64,000 nucleotides of DNA, from NCBI GenBank assembly GCA_903878115.1, contig CAIRGO010000263.1:28991-92990 (forward strand), in the 5' to 3' direction. The notes below the pieces were generated by a model. It was not told where the DNA came from. It ran no database searches and saw only the letters and a program-made list of their open reading frames with translations. A program made the translations under genes and the position numbers. The DNA is from Akkermansiaceae bacterium. Its GTDB lineage: Bacteria; Verrucomicrobiota; Verrucomicrobiia; Verrucomicrobiales; Akkermansiaceae. Shown piece by piece: positions 9,687 to 19,727 of this stretch (position 1 is the stretch's first letter; each line of letters opens with the position of its first letter).

Positions 9687-9845
9687 ACGCAGTACTGAGC
9701 TAGTAGGCGAGCGATGGGTGATATCAAAATCACGAAAGAATGCTGTTGTCCTGCTGGAGATTTGTCATGGGGCGGGTTAACGCTATCATCCGACATCTGC
9801 TTTCACAGCTACTTTTTCTTGCCAACTCCCTGTTCGTTTTGCTTA

Positions 9846-10682
9846 ATGAAGGTCATGAGTGATGCCGCGATGATACTTTGCAAGCCGACGAAATGGTTTC
9901 TCTACCGGGCCGTGGGGATGTTGGCGATGTTTGCCTTTCTCGGCGGTTGGTTTTATAAGGATGCTACTAAGGGGTATCGTTTGAAAAATGAGATTTTCGT
10001 GATGGATCAGAACTTTGCCAAAGCATCTCATGATTTTCAAGAGTTCAGCAAAACTAGTGGATTCAGCAGTGCAGACTGGACCGAATATGCTTCGAAACAA
10101 CAAGTGAACTTCGGCGATGACCTTAGCTTGCTGCCAACAGACTTGGTTCTTCCCCGCGCTTGGCCAGATGAATTGAAAAATGCCGAGCTATTGAGCAAAG
10201 GGCAAAGTGCGGCGTGGGATGCCTACACCGAGCGCATGAAGTGGGACCGCGAAGCACCAGATAAATTTCATGACCGCCGTTCGATCAATGAACAGTGGTA
10301 TTTTTGCTATGCATTATCGGCATTGGCGCTGGTGGCGTTGTTTTTACTCATTCGCACATCACGACGCTCGATGTCCTGTGATCAGGAGAAAATCACCACA
10401 CAAGAAGGAAATGTCGTATATTTTCACGAGTTAAAGAAATTGGATTTACGCAAATGGCCGACTAAGGGATTGGCGTTTGGATATTTCGAAAAAGCTAATG
10501 GAAACAAAGGAAAAGTGCGTTTTGATGGCATGAGTTATGGTGGATTTCAGAAAGAAGATGGCGAGCCAGCCGAGGCGTTGATGCGCCGAGTGCGTGAGAA
10601 TTTTCATGGAGAATTGATTGAATACGTGAGCACAGAGACCGCTGAAAGAGAGTCAGAAGAAGAAACGGCAAAAGAATCGTAA
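9846..10682 (+). CDS. Hypothetical membrane protein (2 TM, acidic C-terminus)
   Basis: The ORF track gives 9714..10682. The Cys-rich first 44 codons look non-coding, so I chose the internal ATG at 9846 (MKVMSD...). No family recognised. Confidence 0.5.
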   Translation: MKVMSDAAMILCKPTKWFLYRAVGMLAMFAFLGGWFYKDATKGYRLKNEIFVMDQNFAKASHDFQEFSKTSGFSSADWTEYASKQQVNFGDDLSLLPTDLVLPRAWPDELKNAELLSKGQSAAWDAYTERMKWDREAPDKFHDRRSINEQWYFCYALSALALVALFLLIRTSRRSMSCDQEKITTQEGNVVYFHELKKLDLRKWPTKGLAFGYFEKANGNKGKVRFDGMSYGGFQKEDGEPAEALMRRVRENFHGELIEYVSTETAERESEEETAKES

Positions 10683-10761
10683 AAAACCTGAACTTTCGCT
10701 ATTGCCAAGTGCGGATTACCCCGCTATGGCTAGCTGCGGTAACAACCAACTATATAGAATC

Positions 10762-11001
10762 ATGTCAGACAAGACTACCGAAGAACGAGTAAAAGATATC
10801 ATTGTTGATCAACTTGGCGTTAGCGCTGAACAAGTAACCATCGATGCAAAATTCATTGAAGACCTGGGAGCAGATTCGCTCGACACCGTGGAGTTGGTGA
10901 TGGCTTTTGAGGAAGAATTTGGCATTGAAGTTCCTGATGAAGCAGCAGAAAAACTTCTCTCCGTGGGTGATGTAGTTAAATACATCGATTCAGTCGCCTA
11001 A
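10762..11001 (+). CDS. acpP: Acyl carrier protein
   Basis: [20 protein letters not shown]...[27 protein letters not shown] carries the canonical DSLD phosphopantetheine site. The start was trimmed from the ORF-track 10702 to the ATG at 10762. Confidence 0.95.
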   Translation: MSDKTTEERVKDIIVDQLGVSAEQVTIDAKFIEDLGADSLDTVELVMAFEEEFGIEVPDEAAEKLLSVGDVVKYIDSVA

Positions 11002-11064
11002 TCATTTTTGATGGCAGTGATATTCTGCTAGGCGTGTCGGGAGTGATCTCGGCACATCAATTTC

Positions 11065-11099
11065 GGCGGTTTTCCTAAACGAAAACCGCCTTTTGTTTT
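11065..11099 (+). terminator. Rho-independent terminator after acpP
   Basis: GGCGGTTTTC - ctaaac - GAAAACCGCC, followed by TTTTGTTTT. Confidence 0.7.
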
Positions 11100-11146
11100 C
11101 CTCTTAAAGTTGCTTTTTCTGATTTTACTGCCAAGATGCCACTACG

Positions 11147-11680
11147 ATGAACGTAACGCGCGATGACTTTCAATATGCGATGGAGACGACACGGGTAATT
11201 CATGAACCCGATCGCCGCATCGCCACTTTTGGTGAGACGCGTTTTGAATTTCAATTGGTCAGTGAGTTCATGGATCGTACTGGTGAAGTGCGCGTGCGCA
11301 GTGGTGAAATGGAAGCCTGTAAGCCATTGTTGATCCGACCTGATCCAGAAATGGAAATGGATGGCTTCGGTGATGAGGCACGCGAAAAACTTGGAAAGTT
11401 ACTCGAGGGATTGCGCGCCAATGGCACTGACCTCGCCTTTCTCCAGTATGGTTTTCGCTTTCGTCGTTCTCACGTGCAAGAGGAAATTCTCAAAGAATCC
11501 ATGGAACAAGTGACGGAGCGACTGCTCGGTGATGTGAGGAAGTCGGGCAACCCGATGCTAGCGATCATCGAGGGAGTGGATGATACGTGGGAAGTTTCGT
11601 TGATGAAATTTGCCATGGATATGATCGTGAATTCTCACCAAATCAATACATTCGATTTGAAGCGAAAAAAATTGCTTTAG
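11147..11680 (+). CDS. Hypothetical cytoplasmic protein
   Basis: Clean 177-aa ORF, 3 nt upstream of the next gene. No family recognised. Confidence 0.55.
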   Translation: MNVTRDDFQYAMETTRVIHEPDRRIATFGETRFEFQLVSEFMDRTGEVRVRSGEMEACKPLLIRPDPEMEMDGFGDEAREKLGKLLEGLRANGTDLAFLQYGFRFRRSHVQEEILKESMEQVTERLLGDVRKSGNPMLAIIEGVDDTWEVSLMKFAMDMIVNSHQINTFDLKRKKLL

Positions 11681-11683
11681 AAA

Positions 11684-12586
11684 TTGCCGCATATGCGATT
11701 CTGGACTTTCATTAAAATCATTTGCGCGCTGATCGTGATCGCGATCGTTGCGATTTCTGCGTATTTTACGATGCATGTGATGGGCAAAGATGTGCCAGAG
11801 CCGATTGGAAAAATATTTACTCAATACATACCAGAGCCTGGGAATATGATTTCTGAGCCAGCCATCGATCCTGATAAAGTGGCCGATAGCGAGGTGATGA
11901 TCGACATCGAACCAGGTGATAAAGCCTTCCAAAAAGCAGCAGAGTTGTTAGCCACAGGCAAAACTACCGAAGCGCGTGAAAAATTGCTTTTTCTCATCAA
12001 TTACTACCCTTCATCAGGTGCGGCACCGCGGGCCAAACAAATTCTTAGTGAAATGAACATGGATGATTTTCTTTCACTTCATAATAATCCAAATGTCGTT
12101 GTCCACAAAGTAGTGCGCGGCGATTCTTACTTGGGCATCACGGCAAAACATCAGACGACGATGGATTGCTTGATGCATCTTAATGGCTACTTGGAACTGC
12201 GTGCTCTGCAACCTGGCGATGAAATTTCGGTGATGCCACTGCTATTGCGCGTTACCATTGAGCCAAAACGCGAGGCTTTGACACTATGGAATGGAGGCAC
12301 TTTTCTGAAAGAATATCGAATCGTAAAAAGTGTCAGTGTGCCGACTTCACTGGTTACTACAAAAATAACTAGCAAAACAGGGGTCATAAACGATAAGAAA
12401 GTGCTGCCCACATCAAAGGACTACCGCAGTTCTGAAAAAAACATCATACTTGCCAATGGTCTCAATATCATTCCCATCAACGACGACGCTGAAAACAGTG
12501 TTCGGGGGTTCCACCTCGATCGCGCAGATACCGAGGAATTGGCTCTTTTGCTAAGGGTCGGAAATGATGTAGAAATCCGCCCGTAA
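11684..12586 (+). CDS. LysM domain protein with N-terminal TM anchor, TPR-like segment and a YkuD-like C-terminal region lacking the catalytic Cys
   Basis: TM helix IICALIVIAIVAISAYF. LysM segment HKVVRGDSYLGITAKHQTTMDCLMHLNG. The C-terminus resembles the L,D-transpeptidase fold but has RGFHLD where the HxxxxSxGCxR motif is expected. Confidence 0.65.
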   Translation: MPHMRFWTFIKIICALIVIAIVAISAYFTMHVMGKDVPEPIGKIFTQYIPEPGNMISEPAIDPDKVADSEVMIDIEPGDKAFQKAAELLATGKTTEAREKLLFLINYYPSSGAAPRAKQILSEMNMDDFLSLHNNPNVVVHKVVRGDSYLGITAKHQTTMDCLMHLNGYLELRALQPGDEISVMPLLLRVTIEPKREALTLWNGGTFLKEYRIVKSVSVPTSLVTTKITSKTGVINDKKVLPTSKDYRSSEKNIILANGLNIIPINDDAENSVRGFHLDRADTEELALLLRVGNDVEIRP

Positions 12587-12613
12587 ATTTTGTAATATCT
12601 CGCCAGACACCAA

Positions 12614-13570
12614 ATGATCCAATTATTAGAATTTGAAAAACCCATCGCTGAGATGGAACGTGAAATCGAAAAACTGCTGGCGAAATCGTCATCGCAGAAC
12701 ATTGATCTATCGCGCGAAATTAGTGAGATGGAAAAAACGCTATCGGACACTCGATTAGCCATTTATCAAAACCTAACCCCTTGGCAACGTGTGCAGATTG
12801 CTCGCCACGTCCAACGTCCATATATGCTCGACTACGTATCACTTGCTTTCACGGATTTCTTTGAACTCCACGGCGATCGCCATATTGGTGATGACAAGTC
12901 GATGCCCGGCGGCTTTGCCATGCTTGGTGATCAACGTGTGATGGTAATCGGCCATCAAAAAGGCCGCGATACGAAAGAAAATTTGATGCGGAATTTCGGC
13001 AGCGCACATCCGGAAGGGTACCGCAAGGCGATTCGCTTGATGCGTTTGGCTGAAAAATGCAATATTCCGATCATTTGTCTCATTGACACCCCCGGTGCAT
13101 TTCCTGGGATCGGTGCAGAGGAGCGCAACATCGCCGAGGCGATTGCCTACAATCTCCGTGAAATGATGCTGCTTCGCGTGCCGGTCATTGCCGTAGTGTT
13201 AGGCGAAGGCGGCTCTGGCGGTGCGCTCGGCATTGGCGTTGCAGATCGAGTATTGATGATGGAAAACGCCTATTATTCGGTTATCAGCCCTGAAGGTTGC
13301 GCTGCCATTTTATGGAAACATCGCAAGCATGCACCAGAGGCAGCCGAGGCGATGAAAATCGCCGCGCCAGATTTGAAGAAGCTCAATTTGATCGATGGCG
13401 TCATCCCTGAACCTGTCGGTGGAGCCCACCACGATCACGCCGCCGCCGCGCTGGCATTTCGAGCATCCGTCGCTGCGCAAATCCAAGAACTCTCGCAGTT
13501 CTCCACGACAGATTTGTTGCGCAAACGCTACGAGAAATTCCGCCAATACGGCGACTGGCAAGGGAAGTGA
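12614..13570 (+). CDS. accA: Acetyl-CoA carboxylase carboxyltransferase subunit alpha
   Basis: LDFEKPI-type N-terminus (LEFEKPIAEME). IICLIDTPGAFPGIGAEERNIAEAIA and VLGEGGSGGALGIGVADR motifs. Confidence 0.92.
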   Translation: MIQLLEFEKPIAEMEREIEKLLAKSSSQNIDLSREISEMEKTLSDTRLAIYQNLTPWQRVQIARHVQRPYMLDYVSLAFTDFFELHGDRHIGDDKSMPGGFAMLGDQRVMVIGHQKGRDTKENLMRNFGSAHPEGYRKAIRLMRLAEKCNIPIICLIDTPGAFPGIGAEERNIAEAIAYNLREMMLLRVPVIAVVLGEGGSGGALGIGVADRVLMMENAYYSVISPEGCAAILWKHRKHAPEAAEAMKIAAPDLKKLNLIDGVIPEPVGGAHHDHAAAALAFRASVAAQIQELSQFSTTDLLRKRYEKFRQYGDWQGK

Positions 13571-13590
13571 TTCCTGTGTTGTGATGAATT

Positions 13591-13938
13591 ATGTACAATT
13601 ATGAAGCTGCATTGATTTTTTGGTTAGTAGTCTTCTTGGTGTTTTTTATTCTGGTAATCTATAAAGTTTTTTGTGGAAAGCACATGATTACTAAAATTCT
13701 CTCCAGTGTCTTTATCGTCATTGAAGTCATGGTGATTGCTCTTCCTCTGGCTCTTTTGTATGATTTTAATGAAGAGTCACATTCTGAGTTGTTTAAAAAA
13801 GTTCCTTACTTAGGCCTCCTCACAGCAATCATTTGCTTCTGCATTATTTATCTTCGTCGCAAAAAGCAGTATTCTACCGATCATTTTCCTGATGAAAAGC
13901 CACCAGCACCTCACAATAGATCAGCAGAATTATTCTAG
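13591..13938 (+). CDS. Hypothetical small membrane protein (3 TM)
   Basis: Hydrophobic 115-aa ORF, AT-rich. No family recognised. Confidence 0.45.
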   Translation: MYNYEAALIFWLVVFLVFFILVIYKVFCGKHMITKILSSVFIVIEVMVIALPLALLYDFNEESHSELFKKVPYLGLLTAIICFCIIYLRRKKQYSTDHFPDEKPPAPHNRSAELF

Positions 13939-13939
13939 C

Positions 13940-16384
13940 TTATTTCTCGACCAGAGTGCCCTCGGTCACACCTAGTTTCTCAAAGACTTGTAGATCGTCA
14001 TGCAAATCAGCAGCGCTGATTTTATCTGCGAGGAGGTCTTGATAGAGGTCGATGCTACGCTGTGCTTGCACTTTATTTTCGTCTAACAATTCGATGCGGT
14101 AATGGCGCAGTCCTGCGTTGAGTAGTTCGGGTAAAAAGCGGGCGCCAGTTTGCGCGCGGCCATTGAATAAAGTATTGCGGCAACCGACATCAGCACTCAA
14201 GCGGTGCATTTGCCCGACGCGATCGCGCAGATGAACAACATGTTTTTCACAAGGGCGACCGCAGGTTTTGTAATCAGTCCCCGGCGACATGAAGGCGCAG
14301 AAAACACAGTGCTCCATGTGGAAAAGTGGCATGTGTTGATGCAGTGTTAGCTCAAACCACTGCGGTGGCGCATCGCGGAGGAGATCTAACACTTGGGAAA
14401 TATTCAAATCGTAGGAAATGGTGAGTCGATCAAGGTTAGCTGATTCTAACAGTAATTTTGCGGTGAGCGCGTTGGCGACATTGAGAGAGAAATCGCCAAT
14501 TTTGATGAGTGAACTACTATTTTTGTAGTATTTTAATGCGGCGAGATTGCGTAAAAGTAAGCCTCGTGGTTCGGCACGTTGGATCATTTTTAAATAACCA
14601 TCTTCGCCTGGTTTGATGATGCGCGGTGTGGCAAGGATGACTTCAGGGCAGAGGGCTACGGCTTCTTTGTATCGACGCGGATCTTCAAAATCGCAATAGA
14701 TCATCGGCAAGCCAGCTTCGAGCGCGGCTTCGAGTTGATCCATGGTGCGACACAGGCAGGACAAGGAAGAGTTTTCGGCGATCGCTTCATCGCTTGCAGT
14801 TGGCTTCAGTGAGGAAAATTCCACGACTGCTGGCATCACCGGGGCTGCGGTATTTTTTTGTGAGTCGATCTGTTCAATCAAGCTGCGGCGCAGGCGATTG
14901 AGTTCACTCACGGCGAGGTGGCAATCGCCCGTCAATTGATTGTCTAACGAATCTAGTTGATAATCGGTGTCACCCAATCGCCCTAACTGTGCGGTAAGAG
15001 TTTCGCTGTTCAGCGCGTGCTTTTCCGCGACCATCAATGGTGTGGCAGACGCGATGAATACATCACCACAGCTAAGAAGCAGTGGCTCATTCGGCTTGCC
15101 GCTGACCACGAGATGCAGACCTTTCTTGATCGGTGTAAGGCGTGCATTTTGCCATGATTTACGAAGTTCGGTATCGAGTTTTGGATCGGAGGTTTTCCAC
15201 ACCTGATGGCCGACTTGAATGCGATCCCAGTCGAGCGGAGAAAATGTTTGATGAAAATAAATCCGTTGATTTTCAATTTTCCATACACGCCCACCTTGCT
15301 CGCGATTGCGATCTTCTCCTGCGTCAAAGACTACGCCATCGCCTCCCTGAATGGGCAGCGGGTGAATCATCTGAAGTTCTATCCAGCCCTGCCCGCATTT
15401 GGTGATTTCGCCTAACAAGGCGCCACGTTTTTTGCCAAATTTTCCATGTGTCAGATAGGGGTGATTGCTGCCTTGCAGCCAGCCTGTGGAAAGCCCGCGC
15501 GAGAAGGTCATTTCTAACGCATAACGATCTTGTTCATTCACGTGTGATGGCGTTTCCGCGATCGCTGCATCAAGTGCTTTGCGATACACTCGGGTCACTG
15601 CGGAAACGTATTCGGGTGATTTTAAACGACCTTCGATTTTGAATGATTTGATTCCTGCTTTGACCAATTCTGGAATCAAATCGACCGCCGCGAGATCTTG
15701 CGGCGATAGCAAATATCGTACTGGCCCTAACGGTTTTTGCACGCCGTCGATGATCAAATCATAGGGCATACGACAGGCCTGAGCGCACTCGCCCCGATTC
15801 GCGGATCGTTGACCCAGACTCTCACTGGTGAGGCACTGTCCCGAATAAGCAACGCACAAAGCGCCATGGACAAATACTTCCAATGGCGCATGAACTTCTT
15901 GTGTAGCATTGTTGAAGCGGTTGAGTTCTTTCAACGACAGTTCGCGCGCGAGAACAGCCCGCTCTAACGGAAAAAGTGACTCCACGAACGCCAATCCTTC
16001 AGGTGAAGTAATCGTCATTTGCGTGGACGCATGTATGGCAAGCTTCGGGGCGATCTGCGAGGCGAGTTTTGCCAGGCCTAAATCTTGCACGATGATCGCA
16101 TCAACACCGCAGGCCTCTAGCCATTGCAATTGCCGAGCGGCATCATCGATTTCGCTGGGAAAAATCAAGGTGTTCATCGTGACAAAACCTTTCACCCCAT
16201 GGCGGTGCAAAAATTTCAACAATTCAGGCAAATCTTCATCAGTGAAATTATCGGCGCGCAGACGAGCATTGAAGCGTGATAGCCCGAAAAAAATCGCATC
16301 TGCTCCATGCGTCACTGCCGCACGTGCGCAATCCCAGTTGCCAGCAGGCGATAAAAGTTCGGGTGTGTTGTCGTTGTTGATCAT
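13940..16384 (-). CDS. U32 family peptidase-like protein (long form with DUF3656-type C-terminal extension)
   Basis: PELLSPAGNWDCARAAVTHGADAIFFGLSRFNAR N-terminus. ESLGQRSANRGECAQACRMPY carries the Cys-rich U32 signature. A second U32-like repeat is near the C-terminus. Confidence 0.88.
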   Translation of the reverse strand: MINNDNTPELLSPAGNWDCARAAVTHGADAIFFGLSRFNARLRADNFTDEDLPELLKFLHRHGVKGFVTMNTLIFPSEIDDAARQLQWLEACGVDAIIVQDLGLAKLASQIAPKLAIHASTQMTITSPEGLAFVESLFPLERAVLARELSLKELNRFNNATQEVHAPLEVFVHGALCVAYSGQCLTSESLGQRSANRGECAQACRMPYDLIIDGVQKPLGPVRYLLSPQDLAAVDLIPELVKAGIKSFKIEGRLKSPEYVSAVTRVYRKALDAAIAETPSHVNEQDRYALEMTFSRGLSTGWLQGSNHPYLTHGKFGKKRGALLGEITKCGQGWIELQMIHPLPIQGGDGVVFDAGEDRNREQGGRVWKIENQRIYFHQTFSPLDWDRIQVGHQVWKTSDPKLDTELRKSWQNARLTPIKKGLHLVVSGKPNEPLLLSCGDVFIASATPLMVAEKHALNSETLTAQLGRLGDTDYQLDSLDNQLTGDCHLAVSELNRLRRSLIEQIDSQKNTAAPVMPAVVEFSSLKPTASDEAIAENSSLSCLCRTMDQLEAALEAGLPMIYCDFEDPRRYKEAVALCPEVILATPRIIKPGEDGYLKMIQRAEPRGLLLRNLAALKYYKNSSSLIKIGDFSLNVANALTAKLLLESANLDRLTISYDLNISQVLDLLRDAPPQWFELTLHQHMPLFHMEHCVFCAFMSPGTDYKTCGRPCEKHVVHLRDRVGQMHRLSADVGCRNTLFNGRAQTGARFLPELLNAGLRHYRIELLDENKVQAQRSIDLYQDLLADKISAADLHDDLQVFEKLGVTEGTLVEK

Positions 16385-16443
16385 GTTGATATGACCATCG
16401 TATCACTAATTCGCTGCATTTTCACGGATAATTTTCCCCATAA

Positions 16444-19400
16444 ATGCGAAAGATTTCCCCAGTTTTTGCGTATCTATGCTACAGTTTCATTATGCAGTTT
16501 TTCGAATCAAAATATTTCACTTTCTTTGGCAAAAATACTGCAATCTTGCTGCTGGCGTTGCTTACTGCACAATGCAAAAAAAGTGAAGCTGCTAAAAATT
16601 CCGAGCCCGCAACGCAAGCCGCAATGCTGGTGAATGCGGATCGAAAAATCGACTTCAATCGCGATGTGAGGCCAATTTTATCCGATCGTTGTTTCGGTTG
16701 CCACGGTCCTGATGGAAACAAGGGCAGAGAAGCTGGTCTTCGCCTTGATACTGTCGAAGGTGCCACCGCGGAGTTGAAAAGCGGCAATCGAGCGATTATT
16801 CCGGGCAACATCGAAGAGAGCGAAATGGTAACACGCATTCATTCCCATGATCCAGAGGAAATCATGCCTTCGCCGAAATTGAACCGACCACTCAACGACC
16901 AAGAGCGCGCGATTTTAACAGTTTGGATCAAACAAGGTGCCGAGTATCAACCGCATTGGGCTTTTGTCACTCCGAAAAAATATCCTGTGCCGTCTGTCAT
17001 TGATGGCGCTTGGTGCAAAGATGACATTGACCGTTTCACCTTGGCAAAAATGGAGGAACAAAAGATCAAACCGAATGCGCTAGCTGATCGCGCTACTTTG
17101 CTCCGACGGGTATCATTTACTCTAACAGGATTGCCGCCATCACCGGAACAGGTCGAAGCATTCGTCAACGATCCTGCTCCGAATGCTTATGAAAAAGTAG
17201 TAGATGCTTTGCTAGCTTCACCCCACTACGGCGAGCGTCTCGCACAAGATTGGTTAGATGTGTCGCGCTTTGCCGATACCTATGGTTATCAATCAGATAA
17301 AAACTGTTTCGTATACCCATGGCGTGATTGGGTCATAAAGTCATTCAATGAAAATTTATCTTTCGATAAATTCGCGACATGGCAAGTTGCAGGGGATTTA
17401 TTGCCGAACGCCACTCAAGATCAAAAGCTGGCGACTGCTTTCAATCGACTGCACCGCCAAACAGAGGAAGGCGGATCAATCGAAGCAGAGTTTCGCCAAG
17501 AGTATGTCTCTGATCGTGTGCACACCTTTGGCACCGCTTTTCTCGGTTTGACGATGGAGTGTTGCAAATGTCACGATCACAAATACGATCCGATTTCGCA
17601 AAAAGATTATTACAGCATGGCATCAATGTTTGGGCAGATTGATGAGTGTGGTCTCTATCCATACTCGCTAAGCACCACGGCACCCGCGCCATCCATGCAT
17701 CTGATGGAACCTCATCATCCTGCAGAAGTCGCCAAGCGTGCTGCGGCGTTAGAGTCTGCGGAAAAAAATTACCAAACCGTGCGCGGGTCGCGCGATGCCG
17801 CATTCGATGCCTGGCTTGCGGCGACTGCAACTATCGCGATGTCTCCCGCCGCAGGACAATATCCTTTTGATTCTGCGGAAGGCAATAAACTGGCCAATCT
17901 AGCTCCCAATGGTGCCCCTGCGTCCATTGGTGGTGGACAACTCACCCCAGTACCTGGAGTCGTGGGCAATGCGATGACCTTCGATGGCGATACACTAGTT
18001 AAGCTCGATGGCATTTCTGGCATTACGCGTAATGATGCACTGAGCATCTCGCTGCGAATTCTCTCACCAGATGTGAAACCCCGCGCCGTGATTCTCCATA
18101 GTGGCCCAGGGATGTATTCGCAGTCTGCTGATGCATCGGGTTTTGAACTATTGTTAGAAAATGGGAAACTACGTTGGAGCTGTATTCATCTATGGCCCGG
18201 CTGTGCAGCGTCTATTGAAACGAAAGCGCCATTTCCGATAGGAAAATTTGTGCAAGTCACCGTTACCTACGATGGATCATCTTCGGCAGCGGGATTAAAA
18301 ATGTACTTCGATGGTAAACCAGCTACTACGGTTGTAGTACGTGATCGACTTGATAAATCAATTGTCGCAGATGTCATCAAAGTCGGCGCGCGTCCACGTG
18401 ATGATCGAGGTTTTGCCCAGGGGCAGATCGATGATCTATCGGTTTTTCGTCACGTTCTTACCCCAATGGAAGTGGCAGAGTTGGCTGGCGTAGCCATGGA
18501 TCCCATTTTCCAATTAGCCAAAACGGGAAATGCTGAGGCAAAGTCTCAAGTGAAAGAGTATTACCTAGCTCACGTGGACGCTGATGTGACTGCTGCTTGG
18601 CAAGCCGCGTTAGCTGCTAGTAGGCTACTTCACGAAGATTATCTTGATCATATTCCGTTAATGATGTGCATGGAGGAAACGCCATATAAAAAACAATTTC
18701 ATGTGCTCACCCGTGGCGACTATGCATCGCCCGATCTAACAAAACCTGTGGAGCCAACTCCTCCTGCTGCGGTAATGGCATTTGCTGCAGACGCACCGCG
18801 CAATCGGCTCGGTTTAGCGCAGTGGATGATCGATCCAAAAAATCCGCTGGTCTCGCGCGTGGCGGTTAATCGATTTTGGATGATGTGCTTTGGCAATGGC
18901 CTCGTTGCCTCGCAAGAAAACTTTGGCTTGCAGGGTGATGCGCCTACTCATCAAGAATTGCTAGACACCCTATCTAACGATTTCATTACTAGCGGATGGG
19001 ACATGAAAAAATTACTCAAACGCATTGTCATGAGTTCTACCTTCCAGCAGTCATCGACAAATACTAAAGAAAAACTAGAACGTGATCCTAAAAATCAATT
19101 GCTCTCGCGTGGGCCAAATTATCGTCTGTCGGGCGAGGCGATTCGCGATCAAGCACTGGTAGCAGCAGGTTTATTGGTGGAGAAAATTGGCGGGCCGAGC
19201 GTGAAACCATGGCAACCGCCTGGTCTGTGGTCTGAGGCAGGTGCTTCGGGAGGTGAATATAAGCCAGACAGTGGAGAAGGTTTGTATCGTCGCAGTCTTT
19301 ATACTTATCGCAAGCGCACGGCGCCACCACCGAGCATGGTGACTCTCGATGCAGGTAGCAGAGAAATTTGTCAACCGCGGCGATTGACCACGAACACTCC

Positions 19401-19716
19401 CTTGCAACCGTTGATTTTTCTCAACGATTTGAGTTTCTTCGAATGCGCTCGTAAGATCGCCAAACGTGTGATGACGGAGAAGCCTGGAACTTCTGAGGAG
19501 CAGGTTCAGAGAGCGTTTCAAATTCTAACAAATCGCCCGCCACGCGATGCTGAATTGAAGGCGCTTGCGGAACTTTTCGCATCTCAAAAAGCCACTTATG
19601 AAAAAGATCCAGTCGCCGCGAAAGCAGTGTCGGGTGATGGCAATCCGACATTTGCGGCTCTAACAATTGTTTGCTCCACTTTGCTAACCTCTGATGCTGT
19701 GCTAACCGTACGCTAA
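16444..19716 (+). CDS. PSCyt1 / PSCyt2 (DUF1549) / LamG / PSD1 (DUF1553) domain protein
   Basis: CFGCHGPDG heme-binding CxxCH motif (planctomycete cytochrome c). DRFTLAKMEEQKIKPN...LTGLPPSPEQVEAF (DUF1549). Central LamG-like segment (IDDLSVFRHVLTPMEV). VNRFWMMCFGNGLV (DUF1553). Lipoprotein-like LLTAQC. An alternative start is at 16492. Confidence 0.85.
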   Translation: MRKISPVFAYLCYSFIMQFFESKYFTFFGKNTAILLLALLTAQCKKSEAAKNSEPATQAAMLVNADRKIDFNRDVRPILSDRCFGCHGPDGNKGREAGLRLDTVEGATAELKSGNRAIIPGNIEESEMVTRIHSHDPEEIMPSPKLNRPLNDQERAILTVWIKQGAEYQPHWAFVTPKKYPVPSVIDGAWCKDDIDRFTLAKMEEQKIKPNALADRATLLRRVSFTLTGLPPSPEQVEAFVNDPAPNAYEKVVDALLASPHYGERLAQDWLDVSRFADTYGYQSDKNCFVYPWRDWVIKSFNENLSFDKFATWQVAGDLLPNATQDQKLATAFNRLHRQTEEGGSIEAEFRQEYVSDRVHTFGTAFLGLTMECCKCHDHKYDPISQKDYYSMASMFGQIDECGLYPYSLSTTAPAPSMHLMEPHHPAEVAKRAAALESAEKNYQTVRGSRDAAFDAWLAATATIAMSPAAGQYPFDSAEGNKLANLAPNGAPASIGGGQLTPVPGVVGNAMTFDGDTLVKLDGISGITRNDALSISLRILSPDVKPRAVILHSGPGMYSQSADASGFELLLENGKLRWSCIHLWPGCAASIETKAPFPIGKFVQVTVTYDGSSSAAGLKMYFDGKPATTVVVRDRLDKSIVADVIKVGARPRDDRGFAQGQIDDLSVFRHVLTPMEVAELAGVAMDPIFQLAKTGNAEAKSQVKEYYLAHVDADVTAAWQAALAASRLLHEDYLDHIPLMMCMEETPYKKQFHVLTRGDYASPDLTKPVEPTPPAAVMAFAADAPRNRLGLAQWMIDPKNPLVSRVAVNRFWMMCFGNGLVASQENFGLQGDAPTHQELLDTLSNDFITSGWDMKKLLKRIVMSSTFQQSSTNTKEKLERDPKNQLLSRGPNYRLSGEAIRDQALVAAGLLVEKIGGPSVKPWQPPGLWSEAGASGGEYKPDSGEGLYRRSLYTYRKRTAPPPSMVTLDAGSREICQPRRLTTNTPLQPLIFLNDLSFFECARKIAKRVMTEKPGTSEEQVQRAFQILTNRPPRDAELKALAELFASQKATYEKDPVAAKAVSGDGNPTFAALTIVCSTLLTSDAVLTVR

Positions 19717-19727
19717 CCATTATTCCT

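Noticed and set aside
10702-10761. 20-codon extension upstream of acpP
   Set aside because: ACPs start near MSDK.... The extension ([20 protein letters not shown]) has no counterpart in ACPs.
15909-16394. 161-aa plus-strand ORF, and several other 60-100-aa ORFs between 14742 and 15967
   Set aside because: They are antisense to the U32 peptidase gene, which has strong family motifs. The products are Ser/Arg/Ala-rich with no start context.
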